DNA of 64,000 nucleotides from Rotaria socialis (Eukaryota): NCBI GenBank assembly GCA_905331295.1, contig CAJNYD010000223.1, positions 186,001 to 250,000 of the forward strand, read 5' to 3'. Shown piece by piece: positions 60,001 to 64,000 of this stretch (position 1 is its first letter; each line of letters starts with the position of its first letter). The notes under the pieces were generated by a model. It saw only the letters and a program-made list of their open reading frames with translations, ran no database searches and was not told where the DNA came from. The position numbers and the translations under genes were made by a program.

Positions 60001-60660
60001 AAGTAGAGAAAACCAAAGCTGATTTGCAAACAAAAGAACAACAGAATGATCAAGTTAAATCCCAACGGGATGAACGTAAAGCTCATGTTGAACGAGTCAA
60101 AGGACAAATACAAGAAAACAAACAAAATTTAAAAGAGAACGAAACGAATCTATCGCAGATAGTACAAACTAGACGAGAACGAGAAATCGCCAAACAGGTT
60201 AAATATTTAGTTATTGTTATTTTAAATTTCATCGAAATATCTTTTAATTTAGTTGGCAGAACGCCATGTCACCGACAGTCAACAACGTCTTAATCAAACA
60301 GTTGAAAAACTTGAAGAATTATCCAATCAGGTTCAAGAAAGACAACAAGTTTACGATGAAAAAAATCGTCATCACACAGAACTTGCTAATAATCTAAAAC
60401 AACGTCAAACCGAGAAAGAACGTTTGGATAGTAATGTGCAAGATATGAATAATCGATGGACATCGAAGCGGATCTGGGCAACAACTGCAGCGACACATGC
60501 TGCTGAACTCACTCAAGAAAAAAGTAATATTCAAATAGCAAGCCGAAAAGCAGCAGAAGCTAACCGAAAACAACAACAAAATCTACTTTCACACAATCCA
60601 AATCAGACACAAATAACTAATCGAAACTTGAGACATCAACAACAAAACTATAACCATTGA
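57088..60660 (+). CDS. 1053-aa Q/E-rich coiled-coil protein with a central hydrophobic hairpin; exons 57088-57954, 58068-58303, 58547-60197, 60253-60660
   Basis: Three GT-AG introns join four ORFs in frame. Heptad-like throughout, with a hydrophobic segment AAELALATALAIPLIGQIVAIGATAALAAATTAVIVL at 59022-59132. Confidence 0.85.
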
Positions 60661-61643
60661 ATAGACATTTTGTTTTTTGAATAGTCAGATTTTCAATATC
60701 ATTTACTAATTATGTAAAATTTTTTCTTTTTTTCTCACATTCGATGTGAACATAAAGGCTAATTTCCACCAAGCTTGTGTTGATTCAATGGCGATGCTGG
60801 ACTCTGTTTTGTCTATACACATGCAAACCCACACCCAACCGATTAGGACACGTCTTTTATCTGATTCCTCAGTGACTGCTCATTTTGCCATAATTATAAT
60901 ACACAAACATTTCTTCGTTCAATTGTACGAAGTGCTGATGGAAAGTTAATTAAAGTCTAAAAAGATTCTTTTGACTTTATTTTTTAAATAAATAGTAATT
61001 TTTGTTATAAAATAGAAAATGAAATCTATGGTGCAAAAGCTCCGTCAAATTTGATTTCCCTAACACTTATTAAATTCGAAGATATGATGGTGAAGAAACG
61101 AGATTCTGTCAAATTATTTTTTTGAAGAGAAAATAAAAAGACTTCATGATAATGCTAAGAAAATTGCATTGCATTGATCATTGGTGTTACGGTTTTCATT
61201 GTTACAGAGAACACCATGTACGCTGTAGCCGTGTATTAGCGAATATTTAATTCGATGACGTAACGTTGATTGTTTTATTGTGTTCCAGTCGTTTCTTTGT
61301 TTCTGTTGGCTGATCTTTGATCATTCTCTGCTATATAAGTAATTACATGTCAACAATTGATATGCACATGCTAAAATACACTCTAACAAGTTCACGAACA
61401 TAGACGACATTCTCTAAGTACGTTACAATTGACCTTCTCAAAAGTAATTTGTAATGCCATTTGAACACACTAACTTCATTAAAATACAGTAGAAAAAGTA
61501 AAATAGCATGCAATAGAAAGTAATATTGAATTCACATGTTTGTCAGCTTTATTTTCACTCACGGATTTATCGATATACGTATATCCTACTTATTGAATGC
61601 GATTCTAATAATCTATCATTAAATTTAGAGTTCTAGATCTGTA

Positions 61644-64000
61644 ATGATCAAAAACGAAACAGCAACAACGATGAGTGGATCTCATTCATCATTATCAATT
61701 AGTAACGATAAGAAACCAACAATGAAAGAAATCGATGCGTTACCTACACATCCGGTACAATTTACAGCTGAATATTTACTTGCATGCCTTGAACCAATTA
61801 TTCAAAAAATGATTGATTCTGAAGAGTCGCATCCATTTCGTCAACCAGTCGATCCAGGTGCACTTAATGCGACTAATTATTCAACAATAATTAAACATCC
61901 CATGGATATATCAACCATGCATAGTAAATTGTTACATGGAGAATATAAAAATCCATTGCAATTCTGTGATGATGCGTGGCTTATGTTTGATAATGCATGG
62001 CGTTATAATAGCAGATCAATGAAGATCTATAAAATGTGTCAACGACTAGCGAAATTATTTGTTGAATCTATTAATCCTGTTTTACAATCATCAGGCTATT
62101 GTTGTGCTGATCGATATGCATATTTTCCAAAAGTTTTCGTTTGTTGTGGAATACGGCAATTTTGCGAAATTCTATGCGGCGCTAATTATTATTCTTATAA
62201 AAATCCTGAACCATCACGATTAAATCTATCCAATAATCAATACAGGTTTTGTTTTGTATGTTTTAATTCGATTCAAAGCGAATCAATATTTGTCGGCGAC
62301 GATCCAACTCAAACATTAGTTGAAATACCAAAAAACTTATTTCTATCGGCTATCAACGATGTACTAGAACCTGAAATAATGGTTGATTGTATTGTTTGTA
62401 AACGTCGTTGGCATCAAGTATGTGCATTACATTGCGATCAAATCTGGCCCGATGGTTTTATATGTAATACATGCGTACGTGAATATAATCTGCCACGTAA
62501 AGAAAATTGTCATAAAGCAGAAAATTTGCCACCAACTGATTTATCATCACAATTAGAAAGTCGTGTTAATAAATTTTTACTTGATAAAAATTGCCATGAA
62601 GGTCGCGTAACGATTCGGGTATTACATTCTGGCGATAAAATCTGTCACGTAAACCCAAAATCCAAAAGATATTTTTCAAATCAAGTAACAAATGATGGTT
62701 TTCCATATCGAACAAAAACTATATTTGCTTTTCAAGAAATCGACGGTGCCGAAGTTGCTTTCTTCGGTATGTATGTACAAGAATATGATGAACATTGTCC
62801 TGCACCAAATACACGTCGTGTTTACATATCAATTTTTGATACGGTACGTTTTTTTCGACCAAACCTTTATCGTCAAGATGTTTATCACGAAATCTTAATT
62901 GGCTATTTGGATTATGTTAAACAACGTGGCTATATGTATGCTCATATGTGGGCTTGCCCAGCAATTGAAAATTATGATTATATATTTTTTCGCCACCCGC
63001 CTGAGCAACGCCTGCCGAAGGTAAAACGGCTACAAAATTGGTGTAAAAAAATGCTTGACCGAGCCATGGAAGAAGATGTTGTTATTGATTATAAGGTAAT
63101 ACACAGAGATTCATCGAGTTAAACATATACGTGTTCGTTCTTCATGTAACTTTGTAAAAACTGAACGGTCTATTTTTTCGAATCAGTGACTAGATGAGAA
63201 AAAAATGTGGGAAGTTTAAGATTGTCTTGAATATTATTTTCGACTCTTCGTTATTTAGGACATTTTGGAAGATTGTTTGGATAACGAAATACAAGCCGCT
63301 TTTGATATTCCTTATTTCGTGGGTGATTTTTGGCCGACTACAATTGAAGCAACTATTAAAGGTATGCTTCTATCTTTGATAATAAAAATCGAATTTTGTT
63401 TCTCATTATGTTTCAGAACTTGATCAACAAGATGAAGACTCAGATTATCCTATTGAATCAGAAGTAAGTAGAAATTATACTATCTATTTACTAGCCAAAA
63501 ATTAAATTCTACTAAAGAATACAATCGTTTGAAACACTTTCGATTGTAAAATAGATTTAAATTGTTCTAGTCGAATTTTAATAGTCGCTATTTTATCTCG
63601 ACTATGAATATTTGTTTTAATTCAGATTTCCAATAAACGTAAATGTGCAAATGCGGATGAAAACAAAAGTTTAAAGAGAACGAAAACTCGAGAAGAACTA
63701 GGAAAAAGTCAAATGCCACCTTGTAGGCATTCTTTGTTATTTATCTTCATAATCCAATGAAAACATCTCCTCCAGCAGTCAACGATGCTGATGCTCCAAT
63801 TGAGTGTGATTTAATGGATACGCGAGATGCATTTTTAAGCTTTTCCTGTGATAAAAATTTGGAATTTTCTTCATTACGTCGTGCAAAATTTTCAACCATG
63901 GCGTTTCTGTCTGAAATACATGTATCAAAAACAGAGAACTCTATATATAATTGTAATAATTGTCGGCAACAATGTGATGTCCGTTATCATTGTACACGAT
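61644..64000 (+). CDS. CBP/p300-like paralog (bromodomain, RING/PHD, HAT, start of ZZ); 3'-partial, possibly pseudogenising
   Basis: PFRQPVDP, PMDISTM, WLMFDNAWRYN, FPYRTKTIFAFQEIDG, FFGMYVQEY, PNTRRVYIS, HMWACP, PYFVGDFWP, CDLMDTRDAFL and EFSSLRRAKFST. Confidence 0.88.

Noticed and set aside
58774..60579. Hydrophobic minus-strand ORFs
   Set aside because: Antisense shadows of the CAA/GAA-rich coiled-coil gene.

Overview
AT-rich, gene-dense eukaryotic (animal) DNA with many short GT-AG introns. Composition, intron size, FG-GAP genes, foreign-type genes and TGTGGG-type repeats suggest a bdelloid rotifer (inference, not verified). Conventional genes: RNF213-like 3' end, DDX51, Cys-loop channel, intermediate filament, TALE homeobox, PPEF/rdgC, ZCCHC10, SGF29, GTF2F1, RhoA and PPP1R42. 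Highlights: (1) a BLM-like RecQ helicase spliced in frame to an N-terminal C3HC4 RING finger; (2) a ~1050-aa coiled-coil protein with a hydrophobic hairpin and its only internal proline near the midpoint; (3) a truncated CBP/p300 paralog with the catalytic Tyr replaced by Cys and a frame-breaking deletion; (4) foreign-type genes, namely an intact Apd1/Aim32-like ferredoxin, a decayed bacterial-type glutamine synthetase and a decayed FG-GAP gene. Several transposon insertions are resolved at base level (hAT MITE, CCC-ended MITE, LTR-like insert nested in a hAT derivative), and telomere-motif mini-palindromes lie next to both decayed genes. All homology calls come from motif recognition by eye; no searches were run.
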